Assembly: GCF_001194135.2 (NCBI RefSeq) | Contig: NC_068986.1 | Span: 64,445,649 to 64,509,648 of the forward strand | Length of the DNA: 64,000 nt | Source: Octopus bimaculoides | Taxonomy: Eukaryota | Reading direction: 5' to 3' | In this document: positions 38,400 to 51,547 of the stretch, piece after piece | Layout: each line of letters starts with the position of its first letter | Position numbering within the stretch: the stretch's first letter is position 1 | The notes under the pieces: generated by a model | Database searches by the model: none | Told to the model about the DNA's origin: nothing | Seen by the model: only the letters and a program-made list of their open reading frames with translations | Program-made: the position numbers and the translations under genes

Positions 38400-41195
38400 T
38401 ACAAATGTTGCTTGTTGGAGTAGTTTAATTCTGGATGCAGATCATCCCAATATGATTTCAATCAATTCATATAGCCAACAGCAGGGTTTTGTTTCACCTT
38501 TTTTTTGTAGCAGTTAAATAGATCATTAGATAGGTTTCTTACCGTTGTCAGTATTTACGCACCAACAATGTCACCTTCTGATGAAACTGTAGGACAGTTT
38601 CATGACGATCTAGTACAATTATTGAGGCAAGTACCAATTTCTGACAAGATTTCAACGGAAGAGTTGGAAATGACTACATTTCATGGCCTGCTTTAGGCCA
38701 ACATGGAATTGAAAAATGTAATAAAAACGGAGTAGCTCTTGTGACGTTTTGTACTGAGAATAATCTGGTTGTTACCAATACTGTTTAAGCAGAAAAAATA
38801 ATGATAAAACCACCTGGATGCACCCAAGATCTAAAGCCTGGCATCTCAAATTATATTTTGATCAGAGAGCGTGATATGAAAGATATTTCTAGTGTTCGGG
38901 CCATGAGAGGAGCAGAGAGCTGGACTGACCATCTTCCAGTGCGTAGAAAAATGAATTTTTCGATAATGCCTAAAAATCGACAGTCGGCTCCTAAGGTACC
39001 CAAAAATTTAAATGTATCCAAAAAGTTAAAAGTTAAATATAGGAGGTATATAGCCCCAAATCTTCTTCAATGGTTTCTGTGAGAATAACAAATGGAAAGT
39101 TGCTTTTGAGTGACACCGCTTCTATTCATAAGCGCTGGGTAGAACATTTTTCTGCACTTTTGAATAGACTATCATTCGTTGACGTGAGAATTATAGAAAA
39201 AGTCGAACATCTTTCATTTATAGAGGCGATAGTGCCTGAACCAACTCTAAATTACATTTATTTAGCAGTGAATAAACTGAATAACAATAAGTCTCCATGG
39301 TCTGATGGATTCTGTACAGAGGTCTTGAAATATGGGGGTGACAAAATGCTTGAACTCTTAAATATATTAATTTGTCATTGTTTGAGAACTGAGGAAATGT
39401 CTCAAGACTTGATTGATACTATTTTAGTCTCGTATAAATCGGGGTCAAAGGGTCTGTGTGGTAATTTTCGTGGGATTTCGCTTTTGTCTGTAGTTGGAAA
39501 GGTAATTGCCTGCATTCTGTTAGAACGTTTAAATAGCTTCATAGTTCCAAATATAGTGTTTGAGTCTCAATGTGGTTTTCGCTCCTCCAGGGGCACAGTT
39601 GATTGTATTTTTATTATGAGACAACTGCATTTAACAGAATCTTACTCTATACCATTGCTTTGTTGCTTTAAGCAAGGCATTCAATTCTGTTAATCGAAAT
39701 GCTCTGTGGCTAATTCTAAGGAAAATAGGTTGCCCAGGAAAATTTGTAAATATGATCAGGGCTTTGCATCAAGATACGAAGGCTAGAATTAATTTTGGTG
39801 GTAGGCTTTCTGAATCTTTTTCCGTGGAAAATGGAGTAAAGCACCCACCCTCTTTGCAATATACTTTGCTGTTGTGCTGTCACACGCTTTTCAAAACTCC
39901 GAGGAGGGTATTTACATAAAATATCGAACAACAGGGAATGTTTTTAATCTGACTAGACTGAAATTCAAAACAAAGGTTTTCACTTCACTCATTAGGGAAC
40001 CCTTATACGCTGACGATTGCGATCAAGTTAGTTACTCTGAAATCTAGTTAGCTACTCTTGTATCTGTATTTAACTCAGCTTGTGATGATTTTGAAAACAA
40101 AAAAACAAAAAACAAAAAAAACACAGAACAATTGTAATGTATCAACCTGCACGTTAAGGTTGTTGACTGTTTCATCTATCTCGGAAGCTCTGTACAAAAT
40201 GATGGAAATCTGGACACAGAAATACATCTGCGAATTCAAAGGGCAACACAAGCATTTGATGGTCTGGAGTTACGCGTTTGCCGCCAAGGAATTATAAATA
40301 GCAACATAAAAATTGGCTCTTTACAAACCGTTTGTCTTACCATCCTTGTATTCTTCTGAAACATTGACGTGTTATGAAAGACATTTCAAATTGTTAAAAC
40401 GATTCCATAAAAAATAACTTCGCCGCATTTGAAACATTAAATGGGCATTTTTACTCCAGACACAGATGTCTATACGTCTGCAGGCTTCACTTCAATTAAA
40501 TTAATGATTCTGAAAAATCAAATGTGATGGTCTGGCCATATTGTTCGAATGGCGGATAAACGCACACCCAAACAGTTGTTTTATGGCGTGCTTGCAGAGG
40601 GGAAACGCAATCGGTGTAAACCTAAGAAGAAGTTTAAGGACGGCATAAGGACTACCATGAAGTGACTTGTAATGGGTCCAAAAGCCATAGAAACCCCTGC
40701 GTCGGATCGAACTGGATGGCGAACAAAAGTATGGAGTGGAGAGAAAGATTTTGAGGAGGCTAGGATGATACATGCAGGACTCAAGAACGATTTAAAGAGG
40801 AATGTTGCGATCGAGAACCTTTTTGTGTGCACAGTGTGTGACAGACCATGCTTTTATTTTGCTTAAATCTCATTTGCTGGGCTCAAATCTCATTTGCAGA
40901 CCCATAGAAAACGAACCTCCACTAACTACTCTGTCTATATATCTGTGCACACCTTTCAATGCCGTGTATGCCATAAGGTTGGCAAATCTAACGGAGGCCT
41001 CAAAAGACATTTTAGGATCCACAAAGATCAGAACTTAACTGCTGCTCTTGGTGGTCCAAATCAGATATGGAATCGATGTGAGTGTCTTTTCAATACATTG
41101 TCTGGTTTTAGAAGCCACATCAGACGCCATGGTAGATCTAAGGCATAAGTACAAGAAGTGGTCAGACTCTGCATAAGGAGTAGACAATCACCATA
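38400..41195 (+). mobile_element. RTE LINE, near full-length but internally deleted and decayed, with three C-terminal C2H2 fingers
   Basis: APE (VSIYAPT, WTDH), RT (KRWVEHFS, NFRGISLLSVVGK, ESQCGFRSSRGTVD, LYADD) and C-terminal fingers at 40822-41148, then a short 3' UTR running into a microsatellite tail. Confidence 0.92.
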
Positions 41196-41202
41196 TATGT
41201 GA

Positions 41203-41245
<43 letters not shown>

Positions 41246-41358
41246 TGTGTTATACGTATTACATATGTTTTTATGTAGAAAAGGATGCGTATGTTTGAGT
41301 ACGTGTCTATATATATATTTGTACATACATACATACACACACACAACCACACGCACCC

Positions 41359-41404
<46 letters not shown>

Positions 41405-41617
41405 TAAATATTGAGTTAGAAGCAGCTCTAATAATAAAAAAAATTTGATGTATATGTTTAGATTAAAGTTGTTCAGCTCCAGTATTTCGCCCAAGAGGGA
41501 AACGTCCCTTTCAGATGCCGGGTGTTAAAAACCCTGTATACCTCAAAACTCATGTGAAACGAAGCGCTCCGCAAGTGAACGAGAAGAGTGGATAATGATA
41601 TTTCACTGTTATTTCAG

Positions 41618-41676
41618 CTCATCGGCACTGTATGCTTGAGTTACACCTCGAAATGAATTCAACTCACTGGTCTGAG
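41618..41676 (+). CDS. Probable coding exon (phase 1-0) of the host gene
   Basis: ATTTCACTGTTATTTCAG acceptor and GAG|GTATTT donor. Encodes HRHCMLELHLEMNSTHWSE and is phase-compatible with 35686-35763. Confidence 0.42.
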
Positions 41677-43078
41677 GTATTTATAGATAGCGTGAAATTT
41701 ATCTGCTCATATGCAACAACTCCATTCGAGTAAAATAAAATAAAATTTGAATGAGAAGCAGTTCTAATGATATAAACATTATTGATGTCACATGCTTAAT
41801 GTATATGTTTTGTTTAAACGCTTTTCTGCTGCACTATTTCGTTCATGGAAAGTCCCTTTAAGATATCATTTCGAGGGTAACTCGATTATACGGTTCCGAA
41901 TAGCTGAAATAACAGGTAAATATTGATGTCCATCTTTCTTGTTTACCTACAAAATTATTNNNNNNNNNNNNNNNNNNNNNNNNNNNNNNNNNNNNNNNNN
42001 NNNNNNNNNNNNNNNNNNNNNNNAATATATACATATATATATATATTTATAAACACACACACACACTCACACACAATATATACATATATATATATAAGCG
42101 TATATTTATGCATATGTGTAGATGTAGACATATATGTGTGTATGTCTATGTATATCTATATCTTCATACAGACGCAGACATATATGCGTGAATGTATGTG
42201 TGTGTATGTGCGTGCATACCTACCCATACATCAAATGAATGGGTGTGTACTACTTTTGAACCGTATGTAAACTGCAACTCAAACAAACGTGCACCTGTTC
42301 GGCACTCTATTTAGATGAGTTGCTCTAATTGTAGTTTTATCTTCAATGACGGTTTTATACTTTGTCTTCTTTTCTTTTCCTAATTCGACTTAGTTTTATT
42401 CTGAGAAAGATTGTTTAGTGAAAACAACCTTATCTTAAAGGCTCTTCATCAGTTTATTTTTTTGTTTCCGTGGTGCTGTGATCGCTGGGTGTGGATGCTC
42501 AGAGTAGTTTTCAGTCTAACATATTAAATCGTATAACGATCCAGTTAGAAATGCGGGGTGCATTATGAGAATTGTGGAGATTACGGTGAAGAATGCGGGA
42601 AAAAGTTCCACCAACATATCCGTAATATAGGAGAAACGTATTAAAGACAATGTGACCCTAAGATGCAAGTAGATTAAGTGCCTAAAATACAGGGAAAATG
42701 AGCCATTGAAGACATTGCTTCATTTAAATTAGTTTATATTCATGTTGATTTTCATCGTTAATTAAAACAGTTTTCCTATGTTAAGCAATAAATCTTTGTT
42801 TATGAATTTACCATTTCTTAACATTCAAATGCCATTAATTTAAACCAATTTTAATCAAAGTTTTATCAAATTCATTATAGCTGAAGAACTTCAGCTACTG
42901 ACTATTTAGACTCGATAAGATAAAACTCTGACTAGAGAATAAATCGTTCAAAATACAAAACTCGGCTTGATATCTGATTGACCAGAGTGATTTCTATTGT
43001 AACTATTAATTGCCCGTTACAACTACTCTTTTCCGATTCTGAAATGTCTTTATATACATACATACATACATACATACA

Positions 43079-43114
<36 letters not shown>

Positions 43115-43639
43115 TANNNNNNNNNNNNNNNNNNNNNNNNNNNNNNNNNNNNNNNNNNNNNNNNNNNNNNNNNNNNNNNNNNNNNNNNNNNNNNNNNNNN
43201 NNNNNNNNNNNNNNNNNNNNNNNNNNNNNNNNNNNNNNNNNNNNNNNNNNNNNNNNNNNNNNNNNNNNNNNNNNNNNNNNNNNNNNNNNNNNNNNNNNNN
43301 NNNNNNNNNNNNNNNNNNNNNNNNNNNNNNNNNNNNNNNNNNNNNNNNNNNNNNNNNNNNNNNNNNNNNNNNNNNNNNNNNNNNNNNNNNNNNNNNNNNN
43401 NNNNNNNNNNNNNNNNNNNNNNNNNNNNNNNNNNNNNNNNNNNNNNNNNNNNNNNNNNNNNNNNNNNNNNNNNNNNNNNNNNNNNNNNNNNNNNNNNNNN
43501 NNNNNNNNNNNNNNNNNNNNNNNNNNNNNNNNNNNNNNNNNNNNNNNNNNNNNNNNNNNNNNNNNNNNNNNNNNNNNNNNNNNNNNNNNNNNNNNNNNNN
43601 NNNNNNNNNNNNNNNNNNNNNNNNNNNACATATATACAT

Positions 43640-43800
43640 ATATTGCGTCCTGCCTAGCTCTTCGAAACGCCGGTGTTAAAACGGAGGTAGCTGATGAAGT
43701 AGAATGTTCTCTATGTGGCTTGTGTGTTTTCTCGTCTCTGTTTTGTTTGCAATATCCTGTACCCAGATATGCACCTATACATACAGGTGGATGTCGGTAT
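43640..43800 (+). repeat. Interspersed repeat, left copy of an inverted pair (partner 46088-46234)
   Basis: About 147 bp of near-identical reverse-complement match (one visible mismatch). Contains CTGATGA and GAAACGCCGGTGTT motifs reminiscent of Penelope ends. Confidence 0.85.
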
Positions 43801-43821
43801 ATATATATGTGTATATATATC

Positions 43822-44090
43822 ACCTATTCTGATTATATGTCTGTGCACATGTTTGAATGTGGCGTGTGCCAGAGGGTTTGCAAATCCAATGGGGGCCTTA
43901 AAAGACATGTTAGGATCCACAATGAGCAGAACTTACCTGCAGGTATTGGTAGTGCAAATCAGAGGTGCAATCTGTGTGGGTGTTTTTTCAAAACACTGTC
44001 TGGTTTCAAAAGCCACATCAGACGCCATGAACGGGCTAAGGTGTAGGTGCAGGAGGTGGTCAAATTCTGTGTAAGGAGTAGACAACCACC
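43822..44090 (+). mobile_element. 5'-truncated RTE copy consisting only of two C2H2 fingers plus 3' UTR (repeated at 44189-44450 across an N gap)
   Basis: FECGVCQRVCKSNGGLKRHVRIH..RCNLCGCFFKTLSGFKSHIRRH. The 3' UTR ...AAGGAGTAGACAACCACC(TA)n is homologous to 40925-41195. Confidence 0.88.
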
Positions 44091-44095
44091 ATATA

Positions 44096-44127
<32 letters not shown>

Positions 44128-44454
44128 CATATATATATATTCTNNNNNNNNNNNNNNNNNNNNNNNNNNNNNNNNNNNNNNNNNNNNNTGATTATATGTC
44201 TGTGCACATGTTTGAATGTGGCGTGTGCCAGAGGGTTTGCAAATCCAATGGGGGCCTTAAAAGACATGTTAGGATCCACAATGAGCAGAACTTACCTGCA
44301 GGTATTGGTAGTGCAAATCAGAGGTGCAATCTGTGTGGGTGTTTTTTCAAAACACTGTCTGGTTTCAAAAGCCACATCAGACGCCATGAACGGGCTAAGG
44401 TGTAGGTGCAGGAGGTGGTCAAATTCTGTGTAAGGAGTAGACAACCACCATATA

Positions 44455-44486
<32 letters not shown>

Positions 44487-44830
44487 CATATATATATATT
44501 CTAAACAAAACTGTCCGATAACCGGGAACGTGAAACTCTGAGTAACAGTTTTTGTGATATTTTTACTGCTTTTTAATAAGTGTGTATATATATTTCAAAA
44601 GGATGTGTTATAAAGCTATTCCGCACATAAAATAACAGCCATCATCAGCTGTCCCACGGATATTACTATGGTTTCGACTTCTGGGCAGTACCATTCAATC
44701 CGGCGGTATCAACAGCACTATAATAAATATTGTTTGGGAACAAACATACCTTAGAATCACTATATTCAATCAATCTTAATTCTAGGAAGGATTAAACACT
44801 AACATTATTAATTAAACTACAACAAAGAAA

Positions 44831-46015
44831 CACAGACATGACAAAAGTAAATAGACACCCCATAAATCATCGTTTTATGTTTATTCTAACTCGTAATGGT
44901 TTATATTTTTTATTAATTGACATTTCTATGTTTCAGGTTCTATATGTGACTTTTTAATCATAAAGAAGCCTTGGAGCTGTCTGAATTTCAAAGAAGCCGT
45001 ATTGTGGACCATTCTGAAGATGGACATAATCAGCGTAATATCACAGAAAACCTTGGGATCCCGCTTTCTACATTTAATACAGTGATTGTGCAATTCACCA
45101 GAGAGGGGAAGGAGTCCACATCATCTTGCCCAGATCAACCAGGGCCCTCTGACAAGACCCTTCTCTTTGCTAAAAGAAGTGTGGAGGATAATCCTCGTTG
45201 CAAGACCTCTGTCATAGCAGAACAAGTTGATGTCAGTTCCAGAACAGCTATCAGATATCTCCACAAACTTGGTAACTATTTTGGTTACTATTGCAGAGCA
45301 GCAAAAAGGAAGCCACTTCTTGACCAGTCAACATCAAGCGGAGAAAAGATTGGGCCAGTGAGATGGTGGAGGGGCCGCTAGCATTTTAGGACGTTGTCAT
45401 ATTCTCGGATGAGTCCAGATTTACTGTATTTCATGACAGTGGTCGAGTGTGGGTCTGGAGACTCTCTGATCAAGAATTTGATATGAAAAGATTGCAGCCA
45501 ACAATGAAACATGGCAGCTATTCTGTGATGGTCTGGGGAGAAATTTGGAGCAATAGTTGATCAGAGCTGGTGGAGTGTGAGGGAAACAAACTCAGATAAA
45601 AATGTGTCCATATTGCACAAAGGCCTCATTCCAATCTTCTCCAGTGGTAAAATGATTAAAGAAGATTATTTATGTAAAATAGGGACCCTTGCCTCATGGC
45701 TGAGATTTGTTGGATGAGAATGGCATTAAACAACTTCCATGGCCAAACCTGTCACCAGATAGGAACCCTTTGAACACCTCTGGGACATAACGGACAGGAC
45801 ACTTAATAAAAAAAATAAAAGAAAGCATCTTTAAAGCCAAATCTTTTGAGATTACTGCATGAAACTTGGCGAGAAATTCCGCCAGAGAATATTCGTCATC
45901 TGATCAGTAACATGCCTTATAAGGTGCTTGCATTGAAAAATGCAAAGGACGTGTTTACTAAATATGAAATAGATTCTAATGATTATAGGTGTGTCTATTT
46001 ATTTCTGTCATGCCA

Positions 46016-46018
<3 letters not shown>
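44831..46018 (+). mobile_element. Tc1-family (DD34E) transposon, decayed
   Basis: TIRs (CATGACAAAAGTAAATAGACACCC versus GGTGTGTCTATTTATTTCTGTCATG). Transposase motifs [36 protein letters not shown] and WPNLSPD.NP. Confidence 0.92.
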
Positions 46019-46053
<35 letters not shown>

Positions 46054-47177
46054 AAATAGTAAAAGAGTATATGCATATATACGTACAGGTATGTGCATAC
46101 CGACATCCACCTGTATGTATAGGTGCATATCTGGGTACAGGACATTGCAAACAAAACAGAGACGAGAAAACACACAAGCCACATAGAGAACATTCTACTT
46201 CATCAGCTACCTCCGTTTTAACACCGGCGTTTCGNNNNNNNNNNNNNNNNNNNNNNNNNNNNNNNNNNNNNNNNNNNNNNNNNNNNNNNNNNNNNNNNNN
46301 NNNNNNNNNNNNNNNNNNNNNNNNNNNNNNNNNNNNNNNNNNNNNNNNNNNNNNNNNNNNNNNNNNNNNNNNNNNNNNNNNNNNNNNNNNNNNNNNNNNN
46401 NNNNNNNNNNNNNNNNNNNNNNNNNNNNNNNNNNNNNNNNNNNNNNNNNNNNNNNNNNNNNNNNNNNNNNNNNNNNNNNNNNNNNNNNNNNNNNNNNNNN
46501 NNNNNNNNNNNNNNNNNNNNNNNNNNNNNNNNNNNNNNNNNNNNNNNNNNNNNNNNNNNNNNNNNNNNNNNNNNNNNNNNNNNNNNNNNNNNNNNNNNNN
46601 NNNNNNNNNNNNNNNNNNNNNNNNNNNNNNNNNNNNNNNNNNNNNNNNNNNNNNNNNNNNNNNNNNNNNNNNNNNNNNNNNNNNNNNNNNNNNNNNNNNN
46701 NNNNNNNNNNNNNNNNNNNNNNNNNNNNNNNNNNNNNNNNNNNNNNNNNNNNNNNNNNNNNNNNNNNNNNNNNNNNTTAGAAGAATGAAACCGGCGCTCT
46801 TGACAGACGATTCTCGTCTGCTACAATCTATGTGTGTGATAACTATGTATCAAGCGCCTATATGAGGGTTTCTCTCAAGGCTAATAACGCAGTATTCGGT
46901 GTTCTAAAGTCGGATAAAAAGATTATCATTTGGTATTAATACGGCTTCCGTCCCTAATAATTTATATATGTATGTACTATTTTATTAGAGCCGGAAAAAC
47001 TTCAGTGACTGTTACTCAGAGCTTCATGTAACCGTTCATGAAACGGTTGTGATAGAGCAAACTATTGGCTAACTTATGTATGTATGTATGTATGTATGTA
47101 TGTATGTATGTATGTATGTATGTATGTATGTATGTATGTATGCATGTATGATATCTATATATATGTATATACGTATG

Positions 47178-47221
<44 letters not shown>

Positions 47222-47289
47222 ATGTATATATGTTTATATGTATACCTGTGTATAAAATGAATTAATGTATGAGATATTTAGGTATATTC

Positions 47290-47665
47290 TTTTATTGTTT
47301 TACTTGTTTAAGTCATTTGACTGCAGCTTTGCTGGAGCATCGCCTTGGCGGGTTTTAATCGAACAAATCGACCCCAAGATTTATTTTTAAGCTTTACACT
47401 TAATATATCGGACTCTTTTGCCGAACCGCTGTATTATGGAAACGTAAACACACCAGCACCGGTTGTCAAGCGGTGATATCACGCGCGCGCACACACACAC
47501 ACACACATACACGAAAGGCTTCTTTCAGTTTCCGTCTACCAAACCCACTCACAAGGCTTTGGTCCACTCGAGGCTATGGTAGAAGACACTTGCCCAAGGT
47601 GCCACACAGTAAGACTGAACCAAGAACCATGGGGTTGAGAAGCAAGCGTCTTACCCTGCGGCTGT
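47290..47665 (-). mobile_element. SINE family A copy
   Basis: Homologous to 26954-27360. Confidence 0.88.
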
Positions 47666-47796
47666 ATTTGCATATGCATAAATACATATATACATGCATA
47701 CATATAAACCATATACGCGCGCGTGTGTGTGTGTGTGAGTGTTTGTGTGTATGTGTCTGTGTGTGTGTGTGTGTGAGTGTTTGTGTGAGTGTTTGT

Positions 47797-47834
<38 letters not shown>

Positions 47835-48459
47835 GCGATATACATAATTTGCTTTCCCTCGACTTATATCACTTAGCAGTCAGCTATTTTATGTTCCTAA
47901 ATCGAAAGATCACATTCTCATAGACACACAGTTTTCTATAAACTGAAATATGTTGTCCTTATACGACACACTTCTACCAACTGTCAGAGCCCACATACCA
48001 CCGGCAAAAGAACAAAAAATGTTTATCCAGAGATTTTAATTTTAACTCTAAATACAAAAATAAAATAAAATAAACACCANNNNNNNNNNNNNNNNNNNNN
48101 NNNNNNNNNNNNNNNNNNNNNNNNNNNNNNNNNNNNNNNNNNNNNNNNNNNNNNNNNNNNNNNNNNNNNNNNNNNNNNNNNNNNNNNNNNNNNNNNNNNN
48201 NNNNNNNNNNNNNNNNNNNNNNNNNNNNNNNNNNNNNNNNNNNNNNNNNNNNNNNNNNNNNNNNNNNNNNNNNNNNNNNNNNNNNNNNNNNNNNNNNNNN
48301 NNNNNNNNNNNNNNNNNNNNNNNNNNNNNNNNNNNNNNNNNNNNNNNNNNNNNNNNNNNNNNNNNNNNNNNNNNNNNNNNNNNNNNNNNNNNNNNNNNNN
48401 NNNNNNNNNNNNNNNNNNNNNNNNNNNNNNNNNNNNNNNNNNNNNNNNNNNNNNNNNNN

Positions 48460-48525
<66 letters not shown>

Positions 48526-48636
48526 CTGCATATATATATAAATGTATACATACATAGCTGCATACACACGTATAAATGTATATATATTTCTGTGTTTTCT
48601 GTTTATGCGCGTGTATAAGCATGTATACGTGTGTGT

Positions 48637-48671
<35 letters not shown>

Positions 48672-48881
48672 CATACACACAACATACATACACACATACA
48701 ATATATAAACACGCACACAAATACATACATACATACCTGCACCTTGCATAAATAATAGAAAAACTCCTAAAAGGTTTGACAATGCGGTGAAGTAGAGTCC
48801 TTGGTTATGGATACTTGAGTTGTAAAACTAACTTGTTAAGGGTCAACCACGTGTATGTTAATTCGCTATTTTCATCTCCAG

Positions 48882-48927
48882 CTGTGTAGGGTTTCGGTGG
48901 GTGGGGCTCAACTTGTTTTTATGGAAG
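48882..48927 (+). CDS. Probable coding exon (phase 0-1) of the host gene, C-type-lectin-like motif
   Basis: GCTATTTTCATCTCCAG acceptor and AAG|GTTAGT donor. Encodes LCRVSVGGAQLVFME (cf. CTL C...GA.LV.I) and is phase-compatible with 41618-41676. Confidence 0.42.
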
Positions 48928-49904
48928 GTTAGTTATAGCACACATTTGTTGTTTCTACCCTGTCTTTACTTCCTGAATAATCTCTAGCTTATACACACAT
49001 ACAGCAATATATATACATATATACGTGTGCATTCAGCTATGTATGTGTACATCTATATATATGCAGATGTGTGGGTATATATNNNNNNNNNNNNNNNNNN
49101 NNNNNNNNNNNNNNNNNNNNNNNNNNNNNNNNNNNNNNNNNNNNNNNNNNNNNNNNNNNNNNNNNNNNNNNNNNNNNNNNNNNNNNNNNNNNNNNNNNNN
49201 NNNNNNNNNNNNNNNNNNNNNNNNNNNNNNNNNNNNNNNNNNNNNNNNNNNNNNNNNNNNNNNNNNNNNNNNNNNNNNNNNNNNNNNNNNNNNNNNNNNN
49301 NNNNNNNNNNNNNNNNNNNNNNNNNNNNNNNNNNNNNNNNNNNNNNNNNNNNNNNNNNNNNNNNNNNNNNNNNNNNNNNNNNNNNNNNNNNNNNNNNNNN
49401 NNNNNTACATATATATATATATATAGGAGAATTTACGAGAAAAACAACAGACGAAGACAGGTGGTGTAAACAACAAATGGATGTATTAGTTTAACGCTCG
49501 GGAATAGAGAAAGCCTTTGACGTTTCGAGCTACGCTCTTCAACTGAAAGGAACACAAAAAGAAATAAGGAGAGAAACAAGGAGAAAAAAATATATAAATG
49601 TAGTGGTCAGCGATCTATATACAACACATAAATTATATACAGAGTAGTGCATAAAAAATACGAAGAGATGAATATCATGTATGTCTACGTTTGAGATCAA
49701 ATATAATAATTTTTTTTTAATATCGCCCCAAAACAGGTGTAGTCTTGAACACCTTAAATCTCCTTGTCTGAAGTGCCACCGATTGTGATAGTGAGCAGCA
49801 TCAAAACCTTTAATATTACGCCCTATCCCTCAATAGTTTCGACTGAAAGTTACCTGCGTGTTTGGAAAGTTGGATCAATAATAACATTATGCTGAAATAA
49901 TCAT

Positions 49905-50108
49905 CTTTAATTTAGGCACAGGCCACCATGTTAGAGGTGCGGGATTTAGTCAATATTACCGATCCCAGTATTTGATTGGTACTTTATTTTATCGGCTCCT
50001 ATAGGATGAAAGGCAACGTAACCTCGATGGAGTTTGAACTCAGAATGTGAAGATCCAGAACAAATATTGCAAAGCAATTTTTCCGACGAACTAAGGATTC
50101 TGCCCGTA
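49905..50108 (-). mobile_element. SINE family B degraded copy
   Basis: GGATGAAAGGCAACGTAACCTCG..TTTGAACTCAGAA homology to SINE B. Confidence 0.75.
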
Positions 50109-51547
50109 TACAATAACAATAAAAGTATTTTATAAACCTGTCAACCCTAACTGAAACTACACCACAGCAAACTTAGCTGATATATACCGGCGACCATTTT
50201 CAACAACTGACGAACTGTAAACAATAGCCGGGTTCTATGGCGCGCTCTGTTTACTCTGCTTTCTCGCACAGCTTTGTCAGGTTGCTCAACCAGTCGCGGG
50301 CTTTTAGGACAAATGTGGGTTACAAGAATGTAATTAAATATATCGGTAGTTTGTACTCAGATTATTGACAAAACTTTTAGTGACCAGTTTGTATCCCTGA
50401 GGACAATCTTGTAGTTAATATTTTTAAACATTTCAAAGACAAGGTTTCTTGGAAAGACTCAATCTATTAGTCTCTCTATTGCACTGTGTTTGAGTGAAAC
50501 ATTAATCTCCAACTACAGTCAAACTCCATCATGGCTCCAGTTAATAAACGAGGGAAAATGAAGCTAGTTATTTACTGAAAGTGGTAGTATGTAAGACCTA
50601 CAAACTGCACTGCAAGAAAATAATACAGTGTATCAGCGAAATAAGCTTGGATACTAAAAGTAAATTTACTAAGGAATATACACGTGACAGAATATGTAAT
50701 GAGAGTAAACAATATACTCTGACCGATCTAAGCATGCATGTAGCAGACATGCTCCATGAGTGGAACCGAAAAAGAGACGCTGTATCAAGAAACAAAGTTT
50801 GCATTTTCGCATGTAAGTGAGCTGAAGCTTGTCTTAACTCTAATCCTAACTTCATAGTATAGTCGTTTTATTATATAAGGATTTAATACTGTATCAGAAA
50901 ACTAAAATAGCACAGAATTTGCCAGTAGATTTTCACGTTAAAATTATTGATTTCCATCATTTAAGTTTCTTTCTTGGGTTTACCCTTGCGACCATGCCTC
51001 TAAAGGGTAAATCTGATGGGAGTGATGGTGATGCATCATAATAATCTATTAGGAACAGGACTTTCTATTAAGCAATATTGGCAGTATGGATGAAACGCCT
51101 GATAACTTTGATATCTTCGGTAATCCTGTAGACATGAGGACATAAAAAAGAAAAGATTTTGCAGAAGGAGTTTCAAGCATATTTTACCTAATAATAATTT
51201 TCAAAAGGAAAATGATGCATAAAATCAATTCCTCGTTTTTTTTTGTAGAAGGTAAGATGGATGGATTGATGATGTATGATCTAAGGAGCCTGTTGACTGG
51301 CTTTGAAAGATGAGAAGTCGAAATTCTTTCAAATGATTCGAAGGCTAGTCTTTCTCATAATTCGCTGTTAACTCCATCTTACAATGTATTTCAAAAACTG
51401 CTGATGTCACATGATGAGGATATACATTTTGAAGGATTTTAATATATGATTAATGTAATAATAATTTTATTGAAATATACTATTAAGATTTAAATCTTTA
51501 ACCTTATTTTACATTTAAACTATTTAAAATATTGAAAATTAATATGT

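Noticed and set aside
40894-44405. Stand-alone host C2H2 zinc-finger genes
   Set aside because: The fingers are in frame with, or homologous to, the RTE ORF terminus and share its 3' UTR and tail, so they are treated as LINE sequence.
43828-44503. Tandem duplication of the zinc-finger cassette
   Set aside because: The two copies appear identical, including the microsatellite tail, and are separated only by a short N gap. This is most likely a gap-flank assembly duplication, so it is counted once.
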